Of a DNA stretch of 64,000 nucleotides, positions 25,066-45,359 are shown piece by piece. The stretch spans positions 62,001 to 126,000 of the forward strand of contig NIVC01002742.1 in NCBI GenBank assembly GCA_002269645.1, given 5' to 3'. A program made the position numbers and the translations under genes. The notes under the pieces were generated by a model. That model was not told the DNA's origin and did no database searches. It was given only the letters and a program-made list of their open reading frames with translations. The stretch is from Macrostomum lignano. Its lineage: Eukaryota. Numbering within the stretch: position 1 is the first letter of the stretch; each line of letters opens with the position of its first letter.

Positions 25066-25487
25066 AATTTTGCGCCCTAAAACAAAACTTTTGATTTCAA
25101 CAACAGGTCACAAGCTGTACATAGAAAAAAACATGCTTTTATAATTCAATTTTCATTCAGAGTACGACTCGTATCGAGAAGAAGTGAAAAAAGCAGTCTC
25201 AAGCTACAAAATTGTTGCACTACTAGAAGTAGACGGAGCGTTGTGTGCGTTTTGGTTGAGTAGATTATAAAAAACACTTGAGTCCTGTTTTCATTCTCGT
25301 CTTCTTAGGTACAGTCATTCTCTATTGGCTGAGACCGTATGGCCTTATCATAGGTGGCGCCCCTCTGAGAAGTGCAATCTCTATTTAAATCTTTACCCGA
25401 CATTTAATTTGCGTTCATTTTGCCGTTGAAAGTATCTTAGAGTATTTTTGATTTCTCATCTCGCAACTGTCAACTTGAATCCCAAAG

Positions 25488-32074
<6,587 letters not shown>

Positions 32075-32084
32075 CTGGTTGATA

Positions 32085-32350
32085 GGCTGGGTTGAGTGAT
32101 TGATTGATTGATTGATTGATAGGCTGGGTTGAGTGATTGATTGATTGATCGATTGGGTTGAGTGATTGATTGATTGGTTGGTTGATTGATTGATTGATTG
32201 ATTGACTGGGTTGAGTGATTGATTGATTCATTGATTAATTGATTGATTGACTGGGTTGAGTGATTGATTGATTGATTGACTGGGTTGAGTGATTGATTGA
32301 TTGATTGATTGGTTGGTTGATTGATTGATTGATTGATTGACTGGGTTGAG

Positions 32351-32385
<35 letters not shown>

Positions 32386-32641
32386 CTGGGTTGAGTGATT
32401 GATTGATTGATTGACTGGGTTGAGTGATTGATTGATTGATCGATTGGGTTGAGTGATTGATTGATTGGTTGGTTGATTGATTGATTGATTGATTGACTGG
32501 GTTGAGTGATTGATTGATTCATTGATTAATTGATTGATTGACTGGGTTGAGTGATTGATTGATTGATTGACTGGGTTGAGTGATTGATTGATTGATTGAT
32601 TGGTTGGTTGATTGATTGATTGATTGATTGACTGGGTTGAG

Positions 32642-32676
<35 letters not shown>

Positions 32677-32744
32677 CTGGGTTGAGTGATTGATTGATTG
32701 ATTGACTGGGTTGAGTGATTGATTGATTGATTGACTGGGTTGAG

Positions 32745-32775
<31 letters not shown>

Positions 32776-32814
32776 CTGGGTTGAGTGATTGATTGATTGA
32801 TTGACTGGGTTGAG

Positions 32815-32847
<33 letters not shown>

Positions 32848-32950
32848 AAATGATCGATTGATCGAATGATTGATTGACTGATTGATTGATGGATTGATCT
32901 CTCAATGATGGTTACCTGATTGATTGATTAATTGTTTGATTGAGTGATTT
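32085..32950. repeat. (GATT)n interspersed with GGGTTGAGT, about 290-bp higher-order duplication, just after the TRIM stop codon
   Basis: The block attgattcattgattaatt recurs near 32222 and 32513. Confidence 0.9.
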
Positions 32951-33494
32951 TCTGAATGACTGACTGACGATATTCGTTACGGACTGATCTGATCAGGCAA
33001 AGTTTCATAAGCAACGCACCGCTGTATCAATAGATTATTTTCGTTTACCTTTTTCGTTTAAATTTACCTTCGACCAGTCAGTTCAGTTCTCTCTCACCGA
33101 TAAATGTGGCTCGCAATGCTCTGATGGATCAAATCGAGTTGCTCAAGTGTTCGCATGAATTTTATTTAAACCAACTAAAAAAGTATTTTTTTCGGGGTCA
33201 AACTATAGTCAATGATGAACTGCTAGGAAAACTGTTAGGATTTTTTACTATATATTTCTATCATGCACCTGATACTGCAGTGTCTCGCATGCTCCAGCGT
33301 GATCAACTCTTTATTCGGCCGTTAACTCCGTCTAAACACTTTTGTTTTGCCGCCGTTTTTCTATTGCTGTATATTTGCGTGCATACCTGTGTAGCTTTAG
33401 CATTCTTTTGTTGCTGGCGTGTGCCGTTCTAATTTTAACTCCTGTTCGTGTTGGCTGCAAGGTTCGGCTACATTTTCACCTGAGGTAGGCCTGA

Positions 33495-33780
33495 AGGGCA
33501 TCAAAGTGGACCTGAAAGTCAGCAAAGTGGACCTGAAGGTCAGCAAAGTAGATCTGAAGGTCAGCAAAGTAGACCTGAAGGTCAGCAAAGTAGATCTGAA
33601 GGTCAGCAAAGTAGACCTGAAGGTCAGCAAAGTAGATCTGAAGGTCAGCAAAGTAGATCTGAAGGTCAGCAAAGTAGATCTGAAGGTCAGCAAAGTAGAT
33701 CTGAAGGTCAGCAAAGTAGATCTGAAGGTCAGAAAAGTAGATCTGAAGGTCAGCAAAGTAGATCTGAAGGTCAGCAATGT
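33495..33780. repeat. 21-bp minisatellite (AAAGTAGATCTGAAGGTCAGC), about 13 units
   Basis: Read directly; open in several frames (KVDLKVS, STLLTFR, YFADLQI). Confidence 0.9.
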
Positions 33781-34451
33781 GGACCCCGAGTCCTGAAGGG
33801 GGAAAAGAATGAAGCACAAATCAAAGGTTAGGAAGCCTCAATTTCAATAGATTTTCACCGGAGAAAATTCGGCTTAGTAAATCTGCTGTAGGATTTGCAT
33901 TTTTTGTAATTTTATTTAACCCTGAAATAGTTAATGCTATACGCGGGTCCGTTTAACTATGAGCAGGACTTACTCAATAGTTACGAGGTCTGACATTTTA
34001 TTTGTTAGAAAGATTTTTTAATGTGTATGACCAGTATCGATATGATTAATATTAATTGGCTGTTTCTGTGTTTGCTGAGGTTTAATTATGTTTAATATAA
34101 TTGCCTCAAGACATCGAGTTACGCCTGGCCGCATCTGCGCAATATGCACTTTTACTATTGTGTTAAAGTACATTTTGTACTTTTCAATATTATACTATAT
34201 TAATGCTATATACACACACAGGCGCTGTTTCTATAGCTTTGCCTACTCTGACTCAACTTTTGTGTTTGAGATTGCTATTTGTCATTTAGTGTAAAATTTA
34301 TAATATACATTTCTGTTACATTTATTATTAAATGTTGCTGTGAGCACCGGAGTATAGAGGTAATATTATTTATACTCCAATAATTTGCATTTTGCTGACC
34401 CAGCTTATGTTTATTATTTGTAATGCAGTGCTGGTAATGGCCTTGATATTG

Positions 34452-35207
34452 TGGAGTGCAGACCACTCTCAGGGGATTGTACATGTACATTTATGAGTAG
34501 AGTGCAGACCACTCTCAGGGGATTGTACATGTACATTTATGAGTAGAGTGCAGACCACTCTCAGGGGATTGTACATGTACATTTATGAGTAGAGTGCAGA
34601 CCACTCTCAGAGGGTTTTACATGTACATTTATGAGTAGAGTGCAGACCACTCTCAGAGGGTTTTACATGTACATTTATGAGTAGAGTGCAGACCACTCTC
34701 AGAGGGTTTTACATGTACATTTATGAGTAGAGTGCAGACCACTCTCAGAGGGTTTTACATGTACATTTATGAGTAGAGTGCAGACCACTCTCAGAGGGTT
34801 TTACATGTACATTTATGAGTAGAGTGCAGACCACTCTCAGAGGGTTGTACATGTACATTTATGAGTAGAGTGCAGACCACTCTCAGAGGGTTTTACATGT
34901 ACATTTATGAGTAGAGTGCAGACCACTCTCAGAGGGTTTTACATGTACATTTATGAGTAGAGTGCAGACCACTCTCAGAGGGTTTTACATGTACATTTAT
35001 GAGTAGAGTGCAGACCACTCTCAGAGGGTTGTACATGTACATTTATGAGTAGAGTGCAGACCACTCTCAGAGAGTTGTACATGTACATTTATGAGTAGAG
35101 TGCAGACCACTCTCAAAGAGTTGTACATGTACGTGTGAGTAAAGTGCAGAACACTAGAGAGTTGTACATGTACATGTGCAAGTAGAGTGCAGACCACTCT
35201 GAGAGGG
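34452..35207. repeat. 46-bp minisatellite, about 16 units, with an internal hairpin
   Basis: Unit GTAGAGTGCAGACCACTCTCAGAGGGTTTTACATGTACATTTATGA; stem AGAGTG/CACTCT. Confidence 0.92.
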
Positions 35208-36191
35208 TGACAATACAGGTGAAGCCATCTAATATCAAGCTTGTTAATAGCAGAATATTCTACATGCAGTTTTGTGTAGTACCACACATTCACTCCTGAT
35301 AAAAGCAACTGACTGAAAAACATTATACAGAAGAAAATGGCGCCAAGCAATCAATCAGTCGGACGATCCTGAATCACCAGCCGGTGCCTGCGAAGATAGC
35401 GAAGATTTACGTAGCCAGTGAGTGGTACCATGCAAGCGGGCAGGTGCTTATCATATCTCTACCAGCGTACAATACACTAACACGCCAGGGCCTGCAGAGG
35501 CAGACTTAAAAGTGCGATTCGCGCAAACGCTGACCTTACACGCCCCCTGTTGCAAAGGCAGAGCTGGTATCGGATAGAATCTAGTTAATCTATATTCAGA
35601 TATGTACGTCACCTGACAGCGCCGAGGTGACACCCGAAAAAACAGCACAAGAGTGTTTTATAGCAGAGAATTTTGTTAGAAACTGTTAAGGCCCAACATG
35701 AACTGTGAGAGTTGTTTACTAAAGTCGGATTATTAATTAATTAGTATTAACCGAGCGAACAGGTAGACAGACAGAGACAGTAATACATAACGTAATAAAT
35801 CAAACATATTGAAATTAGTGCATTAATAACTAAACAGTTTAAGTAGAAGCTTATAATAGACAGTTCAGTCGGTTGTTTCATATCCTTCATTCTTCTACTA
35901 CTAAATATCGGTAGCTTAGTGAGTAGTCTGTAGCGATACTAGCATGAATTTTACTAAATATAATTTTAAAAACACAAACAGAGATGACCAAATACCGATT
36001 ATTATTCCAAGCAATGAACCGGGATGTGCGATGGGGAAGGGAGGCTGGATAGATGGACACAACGGTATTGTAAATTGAAAATTAGGAACAAAAAAGCATG
36101 AAACTGATAAGAGAAAAGTTAACAAAGGCAAACAAACAAAGGGTTGGTTTCAGCTACAGTCTTGTCAGTCAAACTGCAGTTAAAGAGGCAG

Positions 36192-39100
36192 TTATTCAGC
36201 GGCAGCAGCAGACGGGGCAGCTTCTGCAGCCGCAGCTGCTGCGGTCTTCTGGCTCCACTCTGCTTTCAGGCCGTCGCCGCGCTCCTCAGCCAAGGATTTC
36301 AGCTTGGCCAGGGCCGCCTCAGCTTCGGCTCTGGTGGCGAAGTCTACCAGCAGTTCGCTGCCACCGCCGGCGCCGGGTAGCTGATGATGAAGCTGAGCTT
36401 TGGCGCCAGACTGCGAGGCCAGGGTGCGGAGCAGATCTTCCACCTGGAGGGGGGGTTTCCGGAGTTCGATAAGCGCGAACTTTCACGATGGGCTCAAAAT
36501 TTCACAGTAAGCTCAAAACTTCATTATAAACTAGAAATTTCACTAAAGGCTTGAAATATTAACCTCTAATTTTATATTCATAAATTTAGCTTCACATTTC
36601 CGGATTCTCTACTCACCAACACACTAACTAGTAGTATATACAGCGCATACTGAAGAAAAAATAGCAAACCTTATCAGCCGGTTGGCCCTGAATTCTCAAA
36701 CTCTTCGACCGCTTGTCCAGCCGGGTCTGCGCGAAGTTCGGCAAGCCGCCGCCGCCACCGCCGCCTCCAGCCGTTGAGCCGCCGCCAGTACCGCCAGACG
36801 GGCCGGCTGTTGAAGAGGCCGACGATGCCGAAGCCACAGGTAGCATTGGTTTCTGCGGCAGACGGGCAGACAGCAGTTTGCGCACCTCGGCTAGCCGTTT
36901 CTTCTGTTCGGTCACGGTTTCCAGGCCCTCCTTCTGGAAGATTTCCAGCTCCAAGTCGAGCAGCTCCTTTTGCAAGTCGCGCAGGCTGGCATTGCCGGTG
37001 GCCACTACGCCTAAGCTGGCTTCAAGATCGCGAATCTGGGCATTGATTGGCTTCATGGTCTCCGCTATGGAATGCCTGGACTCTGAGTCCTTGGCCTTGG
37101 CGAACAGGTTGCCCAGCTTGGCCAGGCTCTCCTTGCAGTCCTTCAGCATGAGGATCTGCTTGGCCCGCAGCTCGCGATGCGCCTTGGCCCGCTCGAGAGC
37201 CACCTTCTGGGCCTGCGGAGACGGGCGGAGTTGGGTTGGCTTGTTGGACTGTTGTCAGTGAGTTTATTGGCTAGTTTATTAGCCATTGTCAGTGAGTTTA
37301 TTGGCTAGTTTATTAGCCATTGTCAGTGAGTTTATTGGCTAGTTTATTAGCCATTGTCAGTGAGTTTATTGGCTAGTTTATTAGCCATTGTCAGTGAGTT
37401 TATTGGCTAGTTTATTAGCCATTGTCAGTGAGTTTATTGGCTAGTTTATTAGCCATTGTCAGTGAGTTTATTGGCTAGTTTATTAGCCATTGTCAGTGAG
37501 TTTATTGGCTAGTTTATTAGCCATTGTCAGTGAGTTTATTGGCTAGTTTATTAGCCATTGTCAGTGAGTTTATTGGCTAGTTTATTAGCCATTATCAGTG
37601 AGTTTATTGGCTAGTTTGGCTAGATTAGAGACCGATTGGAACTTCAGCGCCATCCCCACGCCAGCGTTACCTGCAGGATCCGGGCGCTCTCCTGCTTTCT
37701 TTCGGCAGCCGCAGTGGCAGCGGCTTCCGCCGCTTTGGCCGCCGCCTCGGCGCTGTGCGGCGTCCACGTCAGCGACGCTCTTGACGGCGGTGCTCCGGCA
37801 GAATCGGCAGCGGCGGCCGACCCTGCATCCGTGGCGTCGCCAGACTCGCTTCCGTCGCCACCAGTTGAAGTTCGGCGAGGATTTGATTGGCGCCTGTTAG
37901 AGAAAGTAAAGTCGGTTCCTCAAAAATCAAAATTATGCAAATTACTTTAAATGATAAAAACCCAAACATTTAGGTTACATTTCGTATGCACATCGGTCCA
38001 CACCATAGTCATTGAGGCTCCCCACACCATGGCCACTGAGGCTCCCGACGCCACGCTCATTGAGGCTCCATACGCCAAGATCATTGAGGCTCCATACGCT
38101 AAGATTATTGAGGCTCCATATGCTAAGGCCATTGAGGCTCCATACGCCAAGATCATTGAGGCTCCATACGCTAAGGCCATTGAGGCTCCATACGCCAAGA
38201 TCATTGAGGCTCCATACGTCAAGATCATTGAGGCTCACGAAGCCACGCTCATTGAGGCTCACGAAGCCACGCTCATTGAGGCTCTCCACGCCAAGACCAT
38301 TGAGGCTCCCCACGCCAAGACCATTGAGGCTCCCCACGCCAAGACCATTGAGGCTCCCGGCACTATGGTCATGAGGCCCACGACATGGTCAGTGAGGCTT
38401 CCAACTCCATGATGATTGAGGCTCCCTACGCCATGATCATTGACGGTCCTTACAAATGGGTCATTGAGGCTGCCCACTCCATGATTATTAAGGCTCCCCA
38501 CCTACTGCTGCACCGTCGAGGCTCCCGACGCTGTGGTCATGAGGCTCCCCACGACACGCCAGCGAGGCTCCGCGCTAAGGTTATTGAGGGCTCCCATCAT
38601 GAATGGCCCAATAGCCAATAAATGAGTCATAAAAAACAACAAACCTATTCTGCTGCTGCCGATTCCCCAGCCTGTCTTTAGCCGACTGCCTGGGCCCTCC
38701 GCCAGGTAGGAACAGCCGGATGAATCTATTATTAAGCACCGCCTCGGGGCTTCTATAAGCGGCAACAGCGTCGGCCGCATTAGCGAATGTAATCTTAGCA
38801 GAGTCGGGCGTGCCGCAGCCGCCAACATCAATATCAATTACTGTGCCAAATTTGCAGAAATGCTCCAACAGAGAGTCTGCATTGTTTAACGATGCTGGCA
38901 CCTTGCGCAGCTCCAGTGTACAGGATTGAACTGACTGCTGCTGCTGTTGGAATGCTCGATTGCTACTGTTATTCCCGGTAGATGGTGGGTCGCTAGCGAC
39001 CACGGTAACTACAGCTGATTGAGGCTGCTGCGGCGCCTGCGGCAACGGCGGCGGCGGCTGGACAATTCTTTGCGGCTGCGTTGACGTAGCTTGTGAGGCT

Positions 39101-41955
39101 TCATCTGCTGGCTGAGACCGGGTATGTTGAGTCTGTTGCTGCTGCTGCTGGCGATTGTTATGAAGAGCCTGCTGATGCTGCTGCTGGCTAACCATTGTTG
39201 GCTGCGCGCTGATTGGCTGGCTTGGTGCCGTCACCTGATTAGCGATTAAGGAGGATAAAAAGCGACTTAGATATACCTACTGACTGATAATTTAGCAGCT
39301 TGACAGGCGTCTTGACAACTCCACTTCAGGTGGGAGCTGCCACTCCCCCCCAGATTCTTCAGGTGGGAGCTGCCACCCCCTCCCTCCTCAGATCCTTCAG
39401 GTGGGAGCTGCCACCCCCTCCCTCCTCAGATCCTTCAGGTGGGAGCTGCCACCCCCTCCCTCCTCAGATCCTTCAGGTGGGAGCTGCCACCCCCTCCCTC
39501 CTCAGATCCTTCAGGTGGGAGCTGCCACTCCCTCCTCAGATCCTTCAGATGGGAGCTGCCACCCCCTCTCCAGATCCTTCAGGTGGGAGCTGCCACTTCC
39601 TCTCTTTCCAGATCCTTCAGGTTGGAGCTGCCACTCCCTGTCTCCCCAGACCCTTCAGGTGGGAGCTGCCACCGCCTCCCTCCTCAGATCCTTCAGGTGG
39701 GAGCTGCCACTTCCTCTATCTCCAGATCCTTCAGGTGGGAGCTGCCACCCCTCTCCTCAGATCCTTCAGGTGGGAGCTGCCACTCCCCCCCCCAGATCCT
39801 TCAGGTGGGAGCTGCCACTCCCCCCCCCCAGATCCTTCAGGTGGGAGCTGCCACCCCCTCCCTCCTCAGATCCTTCAGGTGGGAGCTGCCACCCCCTCCC
39901 TCGTGGGAGCTGCCACTTCCTCTCTCTCCAGATCCTTCAGGTGGGAGCTGCCACTCCCTCTCCCCAGATCCTTCAGGTGGGAGCTGCCACTCCCTCCATC
40001 AGATCCTTCAGGTGTGAGCTGCCACTTCCTCCCTCAGATCCTTCAGGTGGGAGCTGCCACTCCCTCTCTCCCCAGATCCTTCAGGTGGGAGCTGCCACTC
40101 CGTCTTCCCAGATCCTTCAGGTGGGAGCTGCCACCCCTCTCCTCAGATCCTTCAGGTGAAAGCTGCCACCCCCCTCTACAGATCCTCCAGGTGGGAGCTG
40201 CCACCCCCCTCCTCAGATCCTTCAGGTGGGAGCTGCCACTCCCTCCCTCAGATCCTTCAGGTGGGAGCTGCCACTTCCTCTCTCTCCAGATCCTTCAGGT
40301 GAGAGCTGCCACTCCCTCTCCCCAGATCCTTCAGGTGGGAGCTGCCACTTCCTCTCTCTCCAGATCCTTCAGGTGGGAGCTGCCACTCCCTGTCTCCCCA
40401 GATCCTTCAGGTGGGAGCTGCCACTCCCTGTCTCCCCAGATCCTTCAGGTGGGAGCTGCCACTCCCTGTCTCCCCAGATCCTTCAGGTGGGAGCTGCCAC
40501 TCCCTGTCTCCCCAGATCCTTCAGGTGGGAGCTGCCACTCCCTGTCTCCCCAGATCCTTCAGGTGGGAGCTGCCACTCCCTTGCTCAGATCCTTCAGGTG
40601 GGAGCTGCCACTCCCTCCCTCAGATCCTTCAGGTGGGAGCTGCCACCCCTTGAAAACAAACTCCCATTGAGGCGATAAAAAAAGATTTTTTTGAGTATCG
40701 CACCATCATAGCACCAGTGGAAAGACCCTGGCCAGACATCATCTGATTAGGCGGCAGCTGAGACTGCGGCGGCTGCATAATTCCGGGAAAATATTTGCCA
40801 TAGTTGGGATCGCCAGGCGGAAAAGTCATCGGATGGGCGCCGTGGTCGTACGGACAGGCCGCGCCCAGCATGCAGACACCTTTCTCGTCGAAATCGCGAC
40901 AACGCAGACGCTGCTGCTGGTGCGTTAGCGGCGGCTGGGGCGGCAGCATCATCGGCATGGACTGTTGCGGATAGAAGCCCGGACCAGTGGACACTGGCGG
41001 CATCGGCTGAATCATCTGATGCTGCAGCGGCGGCGGCAGAGGCGGCGGCAGGAACGGCATGGGAGGCTGGCCGTGATGCTGATAGCCCTGGGCAGACACC
41101 ATCGGGACCTGAGCCGGGTGCCGCTGGTGCTGCGTCAACTGCTGCAAGCCCTGGTGCTTCTGATGATGCTGCTGCCTAGTAGAAGAGGCTGCAGAAGAGT
41201 TTCCTGCCCTAGCATTGATGGTGCTTCGCAAATCTTTTGGCGGAGTCTGCTGAGCCGCGGCATGAGGCGGCCGCTGCTGCTGCTGCTGCTGCTGCTTGGC
41301 ACCCGCAGACACTCGGGAAATTTTTGACTCCGACGGCTGCGACTGCTGCTTGTCATTGCTGGCGGATGCTGCAGTTTCGGAATCGCCAGATGTGGAGGCT
41401 TTGCGCTTCTGCGCTGCTGCAGGCGGCGGCTGGGGCTTCTGTTGCTGCTGCTGCTGACTGCTTGCTGCACTGACAGATGATGGAGCAGACTGAGAAGCAG
41501 TGGAGGCTGGAGTAACACTCGCTGGGGTTGGAGCAGGCGCAGACACCTTCAAGTAGCTCTCATCTTTGAGCACTTGAAAGAGTTTCTCCACGAATTCAAG
41601 AGTGTCTGGACAATGCAAATGGGGTGAATAAATTTAAACTCTGTTGCAATATAAATTAACTGATTATTTATAAACAAGAAATCCAACTTACTTTCTTGGA
41701 AGAAAACATCCAACTGGTCATTGCAGATACTTTTAAGCTCTTTTTCATCCTTGTCCTTTTTTAACAAAGCCAAGACATACTTGGACAAAGGATATGGATC
41801 AGCATCACATCTAAAATTGAAAAATGAAATTTTTGCAAAGCTATATCTATATATTTACTAAAAATTATCAAAATTGAATTGAATAAAGAAACTTACATTG
41901 GCTGAATACTTGTAATGAGCCAAGCTTTAAAGCTTTCAATGTTTGCAATATGCAT
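36192..41955 (-). CDS. RBM26: RNA-binding protein 26/27 (PWI, CCCH zinc finger, RRM, coiled coil, second RRM-like)
   Basis: Exons 41955-41897, 41810-41692, 41605-40704, 39234-38645, 37893-37671, 37212-36670 and 36443-36192, phases consistent. PWI-like ICDADPYPLSKYVLALLKKDK...CNDQLDVFF; CCCH RCRDFDEKGVCMLGAACPYDH; RRM LELRKVPASLNN..LLEHFCKFG...AYRSPEAVLNNRFIRLF. RBM26 and RBM27 cannot be told apart here. Confidence 0.92.
37252..37620. repeat. 34-bp minisatellite (GGCTAGTTTATTAGCCATTGTCAGTGAGTTTATT), RBM26/27 intron
   Basis: About 11 near-identical units; second array at 46476-46795. Confidence 0.95.
38008..38590. repeat. 24-bp minisatellite (CATTGAGGCTCCATACGCCAAGAT), RBM26/27 intron
   Basis: About 15 regular units plus a degenerate tail. 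Confidence 0.9.
39325..40650. repeat. About 30-bp minisatellite (CAGATCCTTCAGGTGGGAGCTGCCACTCCCTC), RBM26/27 intron
   Basis: About 40 units with a fixed core and a variable C/T spacer. Confidence 0.95.
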
Positions 41956-44900
41956 TTTTATAGATTGTTTAGACTAAATGTTTTTTAAAGTAAAATATTT
42001 ACTTTACTAATTTCTTTTTAAAAAAAATATTTTTTATAAGATTATTTTCAATATCTAACCATTGTTTTAAATATCTTTAATTAAAATATTAAGTGATAAG
42101 CCTTTAGAACTTAGATTATTTTTCAACTTCTTTGCTTACTTAGAATAAATCAAACTATTAAAGTAGAGACATTTAATTGTATGTAATTTATAATTTATAG
42201 AGTAAAATTAACCTTTTTTATTATTTAAAAACTGCTAAATAGACTTTAAATTTGTATTTTGGATTTAATTAGTTGTTTGATTTTAACGAAATATTAGGCC
42301 TAATTTGTTATTAGTATTAATTAAGCCTAGTTATGAAGAAGCCTTTAGCAGTTTAGGCTTTACAGAAATAATAGGCTTTGACTAAGTATAAATTATAGTA
42401 ATTACAATACTAGATTCGTTTTAAAATTATTAATAGGCCTATTGAAGCCTAGGCCCTAATTTATAATCTGCAGATTACTGTCTTTACAGGGCAATTAATC
42501 TAGGCCCTCTATAGCTTAGGCCTATATTTGATAATTATTAATCAGCCTATAATTATTTATACTATTGGCCTTTGTTAGGGTATTAGACAATATAATTTAT
42601 AATAATTGGTTATTTAAAGGGTGCAACCTTAGGGGCCTAAGAAGACAAAAAGGCACAATTAATAGGCCACTTATCTAACTTTGTCTGATTTCTTCAGGGA
42701 ATCAGGGGACCTAATCTCTAGATATATTGATTGATTGGATAGAATATGCTTTTTAAATTGAATCTTAATAGTACTAGGCCTAGGCCTTTTATCTGTTTTA
42801 GTGAATTTTAGACAAAAGAACTGAGCCTAGGCTACTAGGCATAGGCCTATACAGTATAGGACTAGGCCTACCAGTACCAATAAGGCCTAGGAACTTAGGA
42901 ATGGATTTGCAACTTGCCAACTTGGTGGGTTGGTGCTTACGCTCACTGCTAAGTGCTAATGTCTTGTCCTTGGCCTATCTAGATAATTCTAAAAGCGTTT
43001 AGCAAATTTATCAAGAAATTATATACACAGTCCACTGAGTCTATGCGTGACAGACGGGCCGACAGGTCTTTAGCCTGTAATGTAAATCATACAAGTAACA
43101 AATGTATTTTGAAAGTTTTAAATTTTCGAAAACTTTCTGTTCAGATTTCAGGATTTTTCATACGGCTAATACGATATGAAGTTGCTTTCTATATTCTAGA
43201 ATTGTAACATTAACCTTAATTATTAACCTTCATGAATAGGTGCCAATGTAGCACTTAGGCCTACTACAACTGCTAAGTGATAAGCTGGGCTGTCTTTAAG
43301 GCTTGCTGATGACAGGCCACAGCTAGATAATATAAAGATTTACGTTGTTTTTATACTTATAGTACATTTCGATTTTTTTCTAAGCAAAAGTAAATAAGCA
43401 AGGATAAAATTTTGAAATATTAAATAAAAAAGTATAGCATAAGGAACATCCTAGTTATCGTTCTAATCTGTAAACACCGGACAACTTCGTACAAAAAAGC
43501 GCAGGCTCGTGTTTAAGTTGTGGCGGGCGGTCGATTTGTGACCATCGTGACCACTTGAACATCTAGGCCTAATCTTAATGGTAGAAGCTATGCAGCGTGG
43601 GTTATGATGAATGTTGGAAACAAAGCGTAGGCATGACGTAAATCACATTACAATATTTTTATTTGTTGAGTAAGGGAAAACCAAAATATCATTTTTTAAA
43701 AAGGGATTATTCATTGTCAGTACTTGAATTTGTGCAGTGTAGTGTGTCATTTGTGTAGGGCCTAATGTATCAGACTCAGAAAATATAATGCAATCTTCTA
43801 TATGACTATATTGGATCACTTTGAAACTTTGTTTACTAACTTTACTAGGCCTATGTCTTTAATTCCAAAAAGGTAGATATTATAGTAAAGCATTGTTTAG
43901 GTATTTAGATATCAAAATGTGGATTGTGCCGATTTTTGTTTTTTACTATGACTATGATTATGAGTAGTGTAAAGCTGCCCTGCCACCAGTGGCATAGCCA
44001 GGAATTTCAATTGGGGGGGGGGGCAGGTTGGCCTGGCTGGCCATGCCTTATGCCATTGCCACTTGGCACTATGGGCACTCATTTTGTCATTATACACACT
44101 TATTTTGGCACCACAAGCACTCATTTTGGCATTGCAGGCACTCATTTTGATGCCATAGGTAGGCACTTATTTTGGCGCCATGCTGCTGCTGCCACATTTA
44201 GGCACTAATTTGGCACCACATGCAGGCACTTATTTTGGCACTGCAAGCACTCATTTTGGCACTGCAGGCACTCATTTTGGTGTTGTATTGTATGTACTCA
44301 TTTTGGTGCCACAGGCATTTATTTTGGCACCGCAGGCAAAGAAAAGGGAAAAGAACGTAAGACAAAGGTAGGCCTACTTGCCGCCTATGGCTTTAGCCTA
44401 ATAGCTTAACAATGATTTAACAAATAGGTCTATTTATTAGATTAAATGCTATGCTTAGTTGTTCAATTTGTTTGATCCTAGCCTACAAGGTAAGCATAGA
44501 TAGAGCCTAGTTACCTAGTTTAAGATACTAATAGCATGAAAAAGTTATTAATAGCATGAAAAAGTTACTAATAGCATGAAAAAGTTACTAATAGCATGAA
44601 AAAGTTACTAATAGCATGAAAAGTTGAACAAAATAAATAGTATAATTAGTATAATAGCTATATAAAAAATTGTAGTTTTCCCATATAAGTTTCAATGTTG
44701 ACTTGGCAGTATTTTAAGAGGAGTTATAAAGCACATATACAAACAACATACTAGTTTTAGTATTAAGTATTAGTCCTAGGCCTAAATGCAAAAATAGAAA
44801 ACAAGGCAAATATTTTCCCTTGGCTTTACTATAGGCCTATAGTTTTTATAGGATAAATAATTTATATATGGTAGGCCTAAATAAAACTAAAGCAAAAAAG

Positions 44901-45359
44901 CAAAATAAAATAAAAATTACTAAGATAAGGCTCTTTGCAATAAAGGAAATATTCTAGCTTTAGAAATAAGTATGCTTAGGCAATAGACATAGGGATTTTG
45001 AATATAGGCCTAGCAAAAAAGTAGGAGTCTGCTTGCTAAATAATAGATCTAAGTGGTAAAATAAGAAGTCCTAGGGGCTTATCAATTAGACAATATAAGC
45101 ATAGATAATAGAGTCAGTTTCATTGGTTGGACTCTCCAATGGACAAATTTTCTATTGATAAGGCCTTCTAGTGAAATGAAAGTCTAATAATGCAAAAAAT
45201 ATTATACTAGGAAAAGCATAAGTTGCGCATAGAGTGTAAAATTTAATTTTAAAATAATAAATTTAAATAGGCAATGATAGCCTTACTACTAATATTGTAA
45301 TGACAAATAAAATTCTAATATTGTAGTACCAGATACCTCTCCTATATATGCCCTATATC

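Noticed and set aside
34452-35207. CRISPR-like array (hairpin-containing 46-bp unit); also considered for the 30-34 bp arrays
   Set aside because: Units are head-to-tail with no unique spacers, there are no cas genes, and the context is eukaryotic.
35021-35350. Signal-peptide-like ORF (MLGAIFFCIMFF...)
   Set aside because: TTG start, AT-rich codons unlike the real exons, and it runs into the 46-bp array.
43987-44058. Tiny CAGTGGCATAG...TATGCCATTG element
   Set aside because: The inverted match is short and imperfect and only a 4-bp flank repeat (CCAC) is present; not enough to call.
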